Origin: Eledone cirrhosa
Taxonomy: Eukaryota
Length of the DNA stretch: 64,000 nucleotides
NCBI GenBank assembly: GCA_964016885.1
Contig: OZ024745.1
Span: 113,894,001-113,958,000, forward strand
Direction: 5' to 3'
The notes beneath the pieces are model-generated. The model saw only the letters and a list, made by a program, of their open reading frames with translations. It ran no database searches and was not told the origin of the DNA. Within the stretch, counting starts at the first letter, position 1, and every line of letters begins with the position of its first letter. Shown here in pieces: positions 27,520 to 42,479 of this stretch. Both the position numbers and the translations under genes were made by a program.

Positions 27520-27794
27520 TCTCGAGCCCAAGTGCACGTCAGGCCGGTGCTTATCCGGTTTTCCATGACATTAAGCGCATAAGAGTACAAGACTCACCCC
27601 TTGACAGGGTGCCAGTCCATCATAGGGTTAACCGCCTAGCTACTGCTTGTACTCATTTTCAGCTGAGTATACTGGAGCAACATGAAATGAAGTGTTTTGC
27701 TCAAGAATACAATACACACCCCATTACAGGATGCGAATCCACGACATTATGTACGCCAGTCCAACACATTTAATACTAGGCCACGAACCTCCAC
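27520..27794 (-). mobile_element. Second tRNA-derived SINE family (diverged)
   Basis: Minus strand begins GTGGAGGTTCGTGGCCTAGT and contains TTCTTGAGCAAAACACTTCATTTCATGTTGCTCCAGT, homologous to 36518-36637. Confidence 0.7.
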
Positions 27795-29459
27795 TTATGT
27801 ATGAACAGGGTTTCTTTATTATTATACCTTTTAATGACATGTAACCGATTTGAAAGCTTTTTTTTTATCTCTATTTTAAGTTGGTGGGACTCAACTTAAG
27901 GCAAATATAGTTTAATTTTATGAAATATTTGTTGGTAGTAGTTTCTCTTTAAAGAGGGAGTTCGTGTGTTGTTTGTGTTTCGTATTGTAATTGGGACGAC
28001 CACTGTTGACGATAAGATGTGTGGAGACGGAGAGGGAGTAAGAGAGATAGATAGAGAGAAAGAGAAAGCGGGAGAGAGAGAGAGCCAGGTAAACAACAGA
28101 CAGAGAGATAGATGAATGAATTGGTATATTTATATATATATATATACATATATACATATGTGTGTGTGTGTATGCGTGTGTGTATGCGTGTGTGTATGTC
28201 TGTGTGTGCTAGCGTGCGTGTGTGTATGTTTGTGTGTAAGTCGGTAAAGACGACACAAAAGAAAAAGTTTAGATGTGTACAAAGAAAGAGAAAGAGTTTT
28301 GAGGAAAATAAAGAAGGCGAGAACGACAGAATTAGTCGCAGTTGATAGTCTGAAGGTAAGTTTAGAAATAACTGTGTATAGTGTCGAAAGCTGTGAATCA
28401 AATTGGATACGGGATGAGACAATAGAAACAGAACAAACAAACAATATCAGATCTGGACAAAATCTTAATGTTTTTATTTCCCCTTCTGTCGCCGACTAGG
28501 TTAGTAACAGGCTCGCTTCTTAGGTCATAGATGCTCGATTTCATTTACTTTAGCGTCGTACTCGTCAATGTATGCTTTTGCTGTTGCTTTATTTTTCTTA
28601 CTTTCACTTTAACGACTGGCAGGTTTACATTATTTAAGACAGTTTTCTTCTCATTTATGTTTCAGCTACCTCGTCTGAGGTATGTGTTTGGTATTCCCCT
28701 GTTTTTCTTCTGCAAGTTGTATCTTGTAAACAAATGATTACAATTTTGTATGTACCGTAGTAACTCCTGAGGGTGTCGTAGGAGCACTGTATTCATATAC
28801 GGCGTTTCTACTCTTATTTACTCTTTTACTCTTTTACCTGTTCTAGCCATCCGGCTGAGGCCATGCTTGGGCACCGCCCTTCCAGGGTATTTTTTGTAAA
28901 AACCTGACGGAGCCCATCTCTTCTCCAGGTTTAAATACAGCAGATTTCTTCCAGTGAAGGATAGAGAGAGAGAGAGAGAGAGTGAGAGAGAATGGAAGTG
29001 AGAAAGATAAATAAAGGAACAATTAAGCCCAGTACTAGACTGGTATATTTTTAGCGACCTTCAGTTCATCTCGGCGGAATTTGAACTCAGAGAGCAGAAA
29101 GCCGAAACGAATACCACAATACATTATATCCAACGTTCTAATGACTCTGCCAATTTGCCGACTAGCGGTTACAATACATCCTGTCATTAGTCCATGGCCT
29201 GTGACTAATGTAATTTGCTTCGTTTCTAGTACTTTGTCCTGGTTATTTGCATTCCGGACAGCTGGATAATTTTACCAGATGCTACGTTATATTCTTGGCG
29301 GGATGGTTACCATTTTTCATATACCGAAAACCAAGACATCATCTGGGTAACACCGTCCAGCATCGATGGTTGCTATATCAGATATCGTTTGTTTGCTCCG
29401 ATTGTTTCATCTCTAATTTGCTTTATTTATACAGAAAAACATATGTATATATATATATG

Positions 29460-29515
<56 letters not shown>

Positions 29516-29541
29516 AGTATGTAATCATGTATACAAACACA

Positions 29542-29585
<44 letters not shown>

Positions 29586-29586
29586 T

Positions 29587-29733
29587 AACGAAGGAAATGT
29601 GGTAAGGAACCAGGTGGACCATAACGCACCAAAGTACTCAATACTTAGGGTAGTAGAGTGAGTAATAGGAACGAGTAGGAATTAGCCGTCGAAACGGCTT
29701 GAGCTCAGCCGTCGGGGTCCTACTCGTTCCTAT
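29587..29733 (-). mobile_element. PLE-like terminal element, family C, centre deleted
   Basis: Homologous to 3601-3796; residual inverted repeat TAGGAACGAGTAGGA/TCCTACTCGTTCCTA; (TA)n flanks. Confidence 0.7.
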
Positions 29734-29782
29734 ATATAAATATATATATATATATAATTAAGTTAATTTCGTTTCGTCATTT

Positions 29783-29914
<132 letters not shown>

Positions 29915-30049
29915 CATGCATATGCACGCACTAAAAAGGATGAATAAAAAATATCGCAGTATCGAAATATCGTAGAATTTTATAAAACACAAACGTACAC
30001 ACATATGCGCGCGCGACACCTCTCTTTCACTCGTTCGTTTACTATCACT

Positions 30050-30126
<77 letters not shown>

Positions 30127-30152
30127 CTGTATGTATGTTTGTATGTATGTGT

Positions 30153-30701
30153 GTCGGGTCGTTGTTGACTAAACTGGCAACCCCACCAAGGTTTCCTGGT
30201 GAGGAGGGTGACTTTGGACATCCTGCAGGACTAAAAACAAAACCTGTCAACGGGCAAAGGAGCTCTTAAGAGTCAATGGCCATCCAAAATCACCGGGAGA
30301 GATGACTCCTTAGCCTTTGTCAAGGCAGAATTCTAGGAGAAGGAAAACTCTGATATAACACCTGCAACCCTGATGGTATCCAATGATGTTGACTTGTTCT
30401 TCTTTTTGGTAAATATCATCTTGGTTAAGAGAGTGGGACTGGCTTTGTGCAGTGCCTTTGCTCGCTATAAAAGTTTCACGGCACATGCATTGCTTTATAT
30501 CTGGAGATCTCTCTGCACTTGTCGTCACATGGTACCATGGGCTCAGTACTATGTGTCAATAATTGTCACAAGTGTAGTGTTTGTACCAGAGTTTTCAAGT
30601 CGCTGGCTGGACTAAAAAGTCACTTGTTTAGCGCATCGGTAGGGGTTCTCCTACATGGATATAAAGTAGTGGCCCTACTCGAAAACGAGTTGGCAGCCAT
30701 C
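30153..30701 (+). mobile_element. Non-autonomous RTE-derived retroelement, 5'-truncated
   Basis: Closely similar to 32395-32950, 54620-55205 and 60821-61230; probable TSD ATGTGTGTC (30147-30155/30702-30710). Confidence 0.8.
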
Positions 30702-31239
30702 ATGTGTGTCTGTATGTAATATGGCACTGTGAATGTTTGAGTTGTTCGTGTTCGTAGCAGTCTGCTCTTCACTTTTAGTAAAACTGATGTCATGTGTCAA
30801 CTTGTCACTACGTGACGTCTCTAGTCTTCTTATGTGAATATTGAAAATGCGCATAATTAATTAAATGTTGATAAGAAATGTTTTCGAAAAATATTCCACA
30901 GTTGAACATGTTTCAATTTTTAATGTTTATGTGATTTTTTACAAGTACTATCATTTTGTCTAATAATATTTTGTCGTATATATATGTGTTTATGTGTCGT
31001 ATATATGTGTGTTTGTGTGTGTGTTTATGTGTCTGTGTTTGTGAGTGCATCAGTGTATATTGTATAATAATAATATATTGGTACAACTTTGTGCTAGGAT
31101 CTTTATAATTATGCACGTATATCTGTATACATGTATGAATGTATATCAGTGTTAACGACAATATGATAAGCCTGAACACGCATGCGTATGTCTCGATCAA
31201 AGCTAAAATGGCTATAAATAGTGTTGGATAACTAAGATA

Positions 31240-31406
31240 TAATTGTTTCTACGTTAGGCACAAGGCCAGCAATTACCCAGTGCATTACTGGTACTTTATT
31301 TTATCGACCCTGTAAGGATGAAAGGCAAAGTTAACCTTGGTTACGGCAAGGGCCGTAACTCTATACGTCAAAGCATGGCGTCCGACCCTCTACCAATACT
31401 GCCAAT
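31240..31406 (-). mobile_element. SINE, young subfamily (internal deletion)
   Basis: Reverse complement of 256-436, lacking the B-box segment. Confidence 0.85.
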
Positions 31407-32194
31407 CAAAGATATAATGCTTTACAGTGCAGCCTCAAAATGGTGGCCTCTTCCTCATTATCTTGTCTATCTGAGAAGACATTAAGCTTTCTTTCTGAAA
31501 TATTATATTAGAAATTCAGATTCGTAACAGATCAGAACCTAAGACAGATCTCAATCCATACCTGACTATATTATATATACCCTCGATAAAATAAAGTACC
31601 AGTAATGCACTGGATAATTGCTAGCCTTGTGCCTAACGTAGAAAAAATTATATATACCCACAGTTTAAATTATATTTATTTAAACCTAAATAAAAGAAAA
31701 CATTATAAACAAATTATTTGCTTCTAGTAAGGTTAACAGGAAAACAATGTTAATTCACAATATATGTTTTAAATGTATTTTCTTATCATTTACATTGTAA
31801 ATCTCATACTAAATATTAGATACTTTCGCGCCTTAACAAGAGGTCATTTATTTCAATGGCTAATTGGACCTTGGTTATGAAGTGGTAAGTGCATTAGTAT
31901 GTACGGATATATATTTGGGTACACATAAATGTTTGGAGGTGGACATATAAATATGAATGAATGCACGTTGTGTCCTCCTTATATATATATACATATATAT
32001 AAATATCCATCTGATGTTGACGGACGTGAGACTGAGGATACACAATACGAAAGTTAGATAATATTCCTTATTGTAGCTAAATGTTGAACCTTGTTACTCA
32101 AGCGTTTCACCTCTGTGCTTACAGGATTATCCGACAAAACTGGCTCAGGTTCCTATGATTACACAGGAGAAACTCCAGTGGAACATGACGCATG

Positions 32195-32394
32195 NNNNNN
32201 NNNNNNNNNNNNNNNNNNNNNNNNNNNNNNNNNNNNNNNNNNNNNNNNNNNNNNNNNNNNNNNNNNNNNNNNNNNNNNNNNNNNNNNNNNNNNNNNNNNN
32301 NNNNNNNNNNNNNNNNNNNNNNNNNNNNNNNNNNNNNNNNNNNNNNNNNNNNNNNNNNNNNNNNNNNNNNNNNNNNNNNNNNNNNNNNNNNNNN
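32195..32394. other. Assembly gap (200 N)
   Basis: Run of N; true distance unknown. Confidence 1.
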
Positions 32395-32950
32395 CCAATG
32401 GTCGGGTCGTTGGCGACTAAACTGGCAACCCCACCAAGGATTCTTGGTGAGGAGCGTGACTTTGGACATCCTGCAGGACTAAAAACAAAACCTGTAAAAT
32501 GGCAAAGGAGCTCTTAAGAGTCAATGGCCATCCAAAATCATCGGGAGAGATGACCCCCTTAGCCTTTGTCAAGGCAGAATTCTAGGAGAAGGAAAACTCT
32601 GATATAACACCTGCAACCCTGATCGTATCCAATGATGTTGACTTGTTCTTCTTTTTGATAAATATCATCTTGGTTAAGAGAGTGGGACTGGCTTTGTACA
32701 GTGCCTTTGCTCACTATAAAAGCTTCACGGCACAGGCATTGCTTTATATCTGGAGACCTCTCTGCACTTGTCGTCACATGGAACCATGGGCCCAGCACTA
32801 TGTGTCAATAATTGTCACAAGTATAGTGTTTGTACCAGAGTTCTCAAGTCGCTGGCTGGACTAAAAAGTCACACTCGTTCAGCGCATCGGTAGGGGTTCT
32901 CCTACATGGATATAAAGTAGTGGCCGTACTCGAAAACGAGTTGGCAGCCC
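32395..32950 (+). mobile_element. Non-autonomous RTE-derived retroelement (5' end in gap)
   Basis: Same family as 30153-30701. Confidence 0.8.
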
Positions 32951-32986
32951 CCACTTGAATATCTACTATGTCAGGGTATGTCATGC

Positions 32987-33200
32987 ATCATCTTATTTTA
33001 TCTGATGGGCACGTACTGTTGAAGTTAGCTCAGTACCTCTGAAATATGTCTAATAAAATATACTTGATCACAAGAAGTTCTATTTTTGTTAATATTCTGA
33101 ATTAATATTAATAACCCCGGAAAACCATTTTCTTGAGTGCTTCCAATCTATTGTAAAACTCATTCTTTGATTTATTCATTGAACCTTGTTTAACCTTTAA
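32987..33200 (+). mobile_element. PLE-like terminal element related to family D, non-palindromic, degenerate hammerhead
   Basis: TATTTTAT-CTGATGG-...GTACTG/CAGTAC...-GAAATATGTCTA-ATAAAATA, then TTGAGTGCTTCCAATCTATTGTAAAACTCATTC as in the family D tail; ends at (TA)n. Confidence 0.65.
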
Positions 33201-33356
33201 ATATATATATATGTGTGTGTGTGTTGACTGGTGAGTGTGTGTGTGTGTGTGTTGACTGGTGTGTGTATGTGTGCGTGTGTGTTGACTGGTGTGTGTGTGT
33301 GTGTTGACTGGGGTGTGTGTGTATACATGTACATATATATATGTGTGTGTGTGTAT

Positions 33357-33500
33357 AACAAACAAAGTGTGTGATAAGGCACCAGAGTACACGATACTAG
33401 GATAGTAGAGTGGGTAATAGGAAAAGAGTGAGGACACCGGAAGCTGAGCTCCGGCCGTTTCGGGTCTAGCCGTCGAAACGGCCGGAGCTCTTTTCCTATA
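33357..33500 (-). mobile_element. PLE-like terminal element, diverged family C
   Basis: GCACCAGAGTAC..GATAC..TAGTAGAGTGGGTAATAGGAAAAG and inverted GAGCTCCGGCCGTTTCG/CGAAACGGCCGGAGCTC. Confidence 0.65.
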
Positions 33501-34378
33501 TATATATAGTGGCAAGAGTTTCCAAAGAGTTAGAGGAAGGAAAAAAAGCGTTCTAAGCAATGTACAGAGCCAAAATGAATAATATGAATAATATCTCAAC
33601 ACAAATGCGTGTTACCTAAGGTTTCAAACATCAGCCACCGTAGGACATAAATATTATGCCTGCTAGTTTAGTTATCATCGCACGAAACCCTTGTTTTATC
33701 CGGTGATGATTAAACCAACATAGAATATCTATGTCTTATTCTGGTTGAAGTTTGAAACTTTAGGTAGCATGTATTTGTTTTGGTTCTCTGCTCTCTGAGT
33801 TCATATTCCACTGAGGTCAACTTTCTGGAAGAAATCTACTGTATTCAGACCGGGAGAGGAGGTAGGCTTCACCAGGTTTTACAAATGCCCTAGAAGCGTC
33901 TGATGTCAATACGACTCCCTTACGAATTCCCCCAAAAGTTACGAGACCATGTATGTATGTATGTGAAATATTGGCTTCACCAACATAGTACAGCCTCTAT
34001 AAGTATTGTTGCTTTTCTCTTTTTCTTTTATAGCAACAGAAGCTCTGCTTCTTTGAAATAATTTATAACTCACTTTCTTCAGGCTCATCTGACTAACCAG
34101 CATGTTCATCTCCCCTCGTCTATATTAACCTGCATCATTTAGATTCTTAAATAAACAATTCAACAAGTCATTCATCGACAGAACTGGAAAACTATGGAAG
34201 ATCCTCCATGTCCATTTTTTTCCTGATGCTTCTGACATACAAATGTTTATGCTGAACACCGAACAGCTGCCCAATTGCGTCAATCTATTACATAGGACCT
34301 GCAAGGATCATGGTTACTATTATTTCCCCCCTTGACAAACATTCTCAAAAATATACCTAATGCCAATACATTATTACG

Positions 34379-34507
34379 ATCTTTTATGGTCTGAGTTCAA
34401 ATCCCACCGAGGTTAACTTTGCCTTTCATCCTTACGGGGTCGATAAAATAAAGTACCAGTAATGCACTGGGTAATTGCTGGCCTTGTACCAAAAGTAGAA
34501 ACAATTA
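34379..34507 (+). mobile_element. SINE, young subfamily, 5'-truncated
   Basis: Matches the 3' two-thirds of 256-436. Confidence 0.85.
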
Positions 34508-34679
34508 TTACGTACTGGGGAAATAACGGGACATCATAGATTATTATTTAGTTTAAATGTCACCAGCTTGCCTTTATTTCTGTTTTCTTCTTTCTATTTA
34601 TTCCCTGATTGTCGAGTACATTCAAGAGAAAACATGACATTTGCCAATAGGATTTTGTTTATACAAGAAACAACTCGTG

Positions 34680-34723
<44 letters not shown>

Positions 34724-35430
34724 TATAAAGACAGAGAGAGAGAGAGAGAGAGGGGGGGAGAGAGAGAGAGAAAAAGGGGGTGGGATAGAGACAGAGATGG
34801 AAAGGGAGAGAGAAACAATAGTGCGAGAAATAAATATTGTAGGGGTGTGATCGAATTGACACCTAAGCAGTGGCAACAAGCAGGGATATCTCTGTTCGAA
34901 CAGATAGATTACCGGAAGGCCTTTGATGTGTTTTTAAGAAATGTGCTAAATCCAAACAACAGAGGTGTCAGTGAAAAGCGAAAAGGTGCAAAACGAGTCG
35001 TAGAGAAAGAAAGCGACAGAATGGAGTCGAAAGGAGAGAATGATTGAGAAAGGATAATGGGAAGGCAAAGGTCGGGGAGGTTAGTCGATTCCACCTTTGG
35101 TGTTGATATTTGATGTTGTCATTGATAGCGGCCATCATTGTTCCTCTCACGAACTATTACGCAGCGGTGACAGTATACTGTTAAAGCAGCAATCAATCCC
35201 TATTCATTCAGCCTAGGTGCGGACACTTAGTCGAGTCTTGTAAACAAGGTCAACGTACTCGATAGACTTTGTTAGGCAAACTTTTGGTTGGTTACATTTT
35301 CAAAACCCTCTTCACTCTACCGACCCATTTGAAATGCACTAATGTTAAAACCCAGTGTGTAGTAAGTATACTGAGATGTATGCGTCTGTTATGTGAGCCT
35401 AGGCATGCATTTCTTTATCTGCGTTGTTCA

Positions 35431-35475
<45 letters not shown>

Positions 35476-35519
35476 CTACACCCACAAGCATTTATATATA
35501 AGTGTGTGTGTGTGTGTGT

Positions 35520-35561
<42 letters not shown>

Positions 35562-35701
35562 CACTTGTTAAAGTACTTGTTCATTACTGCGACACAAAAC
35601 TGTAGGACACATTAGTCAATCCAGAGACATGTGACCTATAAAAACTTTACATATTGAGTTCTCTCACCCTTCTTTTCAAAAGATCTCAGTATCCACACAC
35701 A

Positions 35702-35768
<67 letters not shown>

Positions 35769-36273
35769 CAACACATATATTTTTATTGTTTGACCCGAAT
35801 TACTTGGTCGTTTTGTTTTGGCTGTGCGGATGATATGTTTAACCATCATCTCAGTGTGTTTGGCCCTTAACGTATGTTGTAGCTCTGATTCATATGATTC
35901 ATCGAGCGCTTGCCACACATATCGGACGTTGCGTTGATTTTCGTTAATTCCTGAGCTGAAAACGATTCTCGCTAATTTATATTTGTATATATATATATAT
36001 ATATATAATATAAGATCAAAAGATTGTTAAAGGAGTTCCATATATTTTATTATGCGCATTTCAAAAACAAACATCATCATGCAATAATATTTGTGTTTTC
36101 ATCAGATAAAACAGGAGAACATGATATGAAGGCTAAAAAACACTTGTGGATAGTGCAGTTTTAAATCAACATCTTTTGATCTTATATTATGCATACTCCA
36201 GTCCTACAAACTGTAGAGTGCTTCTTATCCGATATCTGCATTGCTTTATTGTACTACAATAAAACTCACCTCC

Positions 36274-36308
<35 letters not shown>

Positions 36309-36310
<2 letters not shown>

Positions 36311-36468
36311 CAAATACGGTTTGGTAAGATACCAGGTGGACCATAATGCACCAGAGTACTCGATACTTATGGTAGTAGAGTGGGTAACAGGAGAAGAGTC
36401 AGGACCTCGACGTCTGAGCTGTCGAAACGGTCGGAGCTCAGCCGTCGGGGTCCTGACTCTTCCCCTTT
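36309..36468 (-). mobile_element. PLE-like terminal element, diverged family C, centre deleted
   Basis: Homologous tail; inverted GAAGAGTCAGGACC/GGTCCTGACTCTTC; GAAACGGTCGGAGCTCAGCCGTC; (TA)n flanks. Confidence 0.65.
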
Positions 36469-36517
36469 ATATATATATATATATATATATACATATATAC
36501 ATATATACATATATACA

Positions 36518-36637
36518 GTGAAGGCGTGTGGGTGAGTGGTTAGAGAATTGGATTCGCAATCGTAAGGTTGTGAGTTCGATTCCTGGACCAGGCGATGCGT
36601 TATGTCCTTGAGCAAGACACTTTATTTCACGTTGCTC
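36518..36637 (+). mobile_element. tRNA-derived SINE 5' part (second family)
   Basis: tRNA-like head (GAGTGGTTAGAG...GAGTTCGATTCC) followed by GTCCTTGAGCAAGACACTTTATTTCACGTTGCTCC. Confidence 0.7.
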
Positions 36638-36740
36638 CTTCTACCTGGAGTTGCGACCGATAGATAGCATTAGCAATTGGAAAGACCAACGGAAACATTG
36701 TTCCCTCGGTCCGATTTGACGAAAGTCGATCGTTCCTTAT

Positions 36741-36791
<51 letters not shown>

Positions 36792-37159
36792 AACTGGTAC
36801 ATTCGAGGCACCAGTACTATACAGTTAGTCGTATACATATATAGGTATCTTTTTATTATTATTATTAATCTGTGTCGTCGCCCCCCCCCCCCCCCCACCG
36901 CCCTTCCCACTCTCTCTTTCACACTCTCTCTTTCACTCTCTCTCCTCCCCCATCTCAGAAATGTAAAAACAAGAACGTGAATATGTAAGACACCAAGCTG
37001 GGTGCTCTACCGTTTGTTTCTCGGTTAATTCATTCATCTTACATGAATATTATAAATTATTTACAAGTTCAAATAGTAGTTATCATCACACCCAGCACAG
37101 ACACGTACACTCAGGTAGAGACATATCCAGCCAGCCATTCACACATCATACACTTATAT

Positions 37160-37770
<611 letters not shown>

Positions 37771-37898
37771 TAGACATCCCGCTGTTAGACACCGTGTCAG
37801 TTTGTGTACACAGCTCACTCAAAACAAACCATGAGGTGTGTCCTGATATCTAATCACAATAACGACTAACTTCATGCGCACTTACTGCTCATGCTGCT

Positions 37899-37993
<95 letters not shown>
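37899..37993. repeat. (TAG)n microsatellite
   Basis: Directly visible. Confidence 0.95.
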
Positions 37994-37994
<1 letters not shown>

Positions 37995-40114
37995 GAGGAG
38001 GAGGAGCTGTGGTATTGGTGTTGGTGACGGTGGAGGTTATAAGAGCCGTTATATTCAGAGTAGTTTATAAGCACCATCACCATATTTTTTCAGTTTATAC
38101 CATTTTTTTTTATTGTTACTATAAAACATACAAGTTTATGACGTGTTAACACGTCACCTATCCACATAGGTGTTGTTATAGTTGTTGTTGTTTAATCCAA
38201 ATCAACTCTGATCTATTAGTCTTATGATGAAAGGTCTTCCAATAGAGGCTATTCCTCTTTTTTTCTTGTGTACAGAGAAACCACTACTACATTATTTCTG
38301 ATTTGGAAGAGTTTTGGTTACTGATTCTAGCAGGTCGAGCGACTATGTAGATGATCCGTCGTGGGCTCAATACCGATTTGGTTAACATGGCTGCAAATCA
38401 ATTCAGTCTAAAGAGTAATTGATGTGCTACTATAAGTCAGTGTTGATTGAACCAACCCCTAAACGAACCCATGACTGCTTACATAATATTCTCGAACCCT
38501 TTCCACTCGATCATCCCACAAAAGATGCTTTAAGGAAGAAAGGAGTATGAAATATTGGGTAATTTACTTTCGTCGTGTATTTGTTATTGTTTTTTATCCA
38601 ACCGTAACCATTCCGTATTTTCTCAGACATAGTCACACCTAGGATTTCATTATGCCAGCTGTTCTCTATCTCACTAAGATGTAATTGATCCCTTAAGGAA
38701 TAATTTGAGGTAAACAGGGCTATTTTTTCTAAGAATTCGAGAAACGATGCCAGGGTTCCCTCGCTATCTTGTGGTGTAGGAGTGCATTTTCGATGACAGA
38801 ATCGGTAGTGTATCAAAGAATGTGTCTTGCATTTTTTAGTTTCTTAACTCTGCTTCTTTGGTTAAAATCCCAGTTATATCAACTTTACTTTACATTGCTC
38901 TGGTGTTGAATAATTTTCAAGTAAATCGATTCTTTTCGTCCCGCAAAATCTGAGGCTTTGTGCTTATTTTAGAAACCCATATGGCATTGTTTTAGCAGAA
39001 CAGAGGTATAGCTGTATAGTATATTTTGGTGCGGTCAGTGCTGATTGAATGGCCCTATAAACAATGATGTTTCACCTGTAATCATCCCGTCCTTTTGTAT
39101 AAGTCTAACTACATTGTAAAATATATACTTTTAAAGTCAGCAGGGTGAAATGTGAGGGGATATTGGCAACCTATTTTAGCTGGTTGAGTTTGGTTTAGTA
39201 GTGCATTAATGTTGTTGCAGTTCTTGTTTATGCTAAGTTAAATATAATTAAGCAGACCTTTGCTCAAAGTTATTCGAACCATTATCAAACCCAACTCTTT
39301 TTCAGGGAGGGTGTAACGAGGAGGATATTATTTTATATAGCCTCTTCCGTCAGTAGGGTTTGATATGAAAGCGATTTAGTGCTATTTCTAACGTTTCGAG
39401 CTATCACATACCGGCGTCTTCGTATTACTTTGGTAAATCCAGAATTAATTCGCTGAGAAATACTAACAAAATAAAATGCAAAGTGACAGAAAAATACAGC
39501 AATTCCACTAATTCACTGGCGTGGACCGGTATATTATTTTATCAAATCCAAAATGATGAAACGCACGTTGACCTCTTTGGGATTTGGACACAAAGGACAG
39601 TGTAGCCCAAGCAAAATTCTCATACCCTTGCAACTATGCCAATGCGCTGAATGTTGCAATTAATGACGATTTTTTGTAGCTGTAGTTTAATTTTGGTTTT
39701 CATTTCTTGCAGTATTTGTTTAAGTAGTTGTAAGTTAGAGAACCACAACTAAATATCTTACAACATTTAGTTACGTATCTTTATGATTTAAAATATTTCG
39801 TTGGCACCAGCTTTGTCTTTCATATATTCTCGGTTGACCAACCTGTGGTGAAATAGTTAAACATTCGAGTGAGATCCTTGGTTCTTCTCCCCTCATCATT
39901 TATCCTGCATGTATTAACGTGCAAATTATCAGGCTGAGCACACAATACTGCACTAAATTTCTCTGAAGACTGCGTTATGGGTGTACGTGATTATGGAATG
40001 CTCAGTCGTCTGCATGTTAATTTTACTAGCTTGTTGTTCCTTTGATCGTTATCTGACCCGGAGGATGTCCGACAACAATTAACACACACACACACACACA
40101 TACACACACACACA

Positions 40115-40231
<117 letters not shown>

Positions 40232-41539
40232 ATGCAGATGTGTGAGCGTGTGTATAATACGTGAATTGTAATTTACGTGAGTTAAAGATTAACGTGATTA
40301 CTAACTGCTTGTGGAGAGATACGCAGTCTTTGTTAGGTTCATTTACATATATGATATGTGATTAAATCAATACAATAGTGTCACACATAATCGAATGAAT
40401 ATTAGCGCTCCTCATTTTTATATATTTGTCTGGGAGTGTCTAGAATCCATTTTCATACGTATGTGAAATCATGGTATGGGTTTAATCGTATAATCATCTG
40501 TGTATCCCTAAACACACATTCACATACATACATACATACATACATACATACATACATACATACATACATACATACATACATACATACATACAAGCATAGG
40601 TTCACACATAAACTCATGTACATACACATGTAGATGTGTATGTGTGTGTGAAGCGTAGCGTTTATGAATCTAATGAAACTTAAGCTGGAGGGCTCTTCTG
40701 ATTTAAGAAATATTCCCATAAACACTCAAGCCTCGGGCACCTCATTAAATACAGTTCAGTTCCACCATTGCTAAATCGCAATCTTGATCAAAGGAAAAGC
40801 AAAGGCTGATACAGCTTCTTTGCACTAGGGCTGTTGGAACAAATACCACAGGTGATTTTGTCCACTTGTCTATCAATTCCGCCAGCCAATCACCCTGGAG
40901 TGATATTCTTTATCGGATTCTGTAGAATGAAAGGCTAAGTCGTCGATCCCGGTGTTATTTGAAGTCAGAATTCATAAAGTTGGAACAAATATCAGCAGGC
41001 ATTTTTTTCGACGCTCTATCGATTTTGCGAATAAACCGCCCTAAAATTATGTAATGATTTCTTATACAGGCAGAAGGACTATCTGGATGAGTTCATCGTA
41101 GCTTGCATGGATTCAGTTGTTGACTGGTGACATTATATGCACATATATTGATCTCTGTGTATATGCATTTATTACATATATGTGTGAGTGTGGGAGATCA
41201 TGTCATTCCATTCATTTATAACTGTGTACATGTATGTATATATGTATATATATATATATGTATGTATTTAGGTATATATTAATGTATATATGTGTATGTA
41301 TGTATTATGTATGTATTGATGTATTTATGTATATATGTATGTATATGTATGCATGTATGTTTGTATGTGTCTATGTATTTATGTATGTATGTGTGTGTAG
41401 GTGTGATCGCATGATTGTCTAAGCATGTGTATGTGTGTTGCTTGTGTATTCATTGACATCAGATTGAACAGCACAGATGTTGCAGCCAAGATGGTTAGTG
41501 ATGATGGAAAGCTATTACCCCTTTCTTTTGTATTTACAG

Positions 41540-41846
41540 CCACACCACCGTCACCCTGCGTGTCACCTATCACTGTCGTCGCTGCAAGGTCCCCACCTCC
41601 CATCTCATCTACATCTGTCAGTGCTTCCCAGTCGGTGTCACCATCCAGCACCCTGTCATCTTCGCTAGGCGGTCATCTGAGTCACAGCAGCAGCAGTAGC
41701 AGCAGCAGTCCTCTCAAGCGTCATTCGCCTGGCTTGGTGTGTGTGGTGTGTGGTGACACTTCCAGTGGCAAACACTACGGTATACTTGCTTGTAACGGCT
41801 GTAGCGGCTTCTTCAAACGCAGTGTCCGACGGAAGTTGATATACAG
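41540..41846 (+). CDS. NR2E3: NR2E3/PNR-like nuclear receptor, exon with Ser/Pro-rich N-terminal region and first C4 zinc finger
   Basis: Translates to ...[46 protein letters not shown](R); the NGCSG P-box and [10 protein letters not shown] are characteristic of NR2E3/PNR/Hr51. Donor AG|GTGAGT at 41846/41847 (phase 2). Best acceptor is CTTTCTTTTGTATTTACAG| at 41539 (phase 1); the 5' boundary is less certain (alternative AG at 41462, in-frame ATG at 41491). Confidence 0.93.
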
Positions 41847-42479
41847 GTGAGTCGGTTTTATATAAGCTCTAAAAAAGAAACATAAAGAAATATAACGATC
41901 TCTCAAAAGTGGTAAGTTGGCACCATGCTGTGTTTTTTTTCCATCATTATAAATATATACAATGGCAATAGATATTATTCAATTGAATCGAGTTTGCGGC
42001 GAATAGTCTGATTCGTAGTCTGAGTGTTGGATTAAACGTTTCGGTATTTTTTACTGGCTCCCTTCTCTCTCAGTTTAAATCCCATCGAGGTCAACTTTGC
42101 CTTTTATCCTTTTGGAATCCACGGTAGGTAGAATTGTTGGTGTCAGACAGAACGTTTTGCGGTATCTCATCTGGTTCTATATGCAATGAAGAAACTAATG
42201 GAAGCATTGTCTCCTTGGCTCGATCTGACAATGATTTCCTTTCAAATCCAAAATATGGCTCTTATTATATCAATTTCATTGCATGACATTAATTGTTTAG
42301 CAAACACTTTTTTATGTGACATTAGTTAATTTTAGGGTGATCTTTATGAATACCAAAACTATTTTGCTCCATCATGTCTACATTTTGATCTACAAGAAGT
42401 GAATTATGTTGTTAACATTGCATATAATTTATTAATGTACTATTCTACAATTAATTACTGTTAAAATAACAATATACAC

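Noticed and set aside
32015-32194. Possible LTR or PLE end abutting the gap
   Set aside because: Truncated by Ns; no second copy to confirm.
33222-33312. Four GTTGACTGG motifs within (GT)n
   Set aside because: Slippage-amplified microsatellite interruption; no evidence of function.
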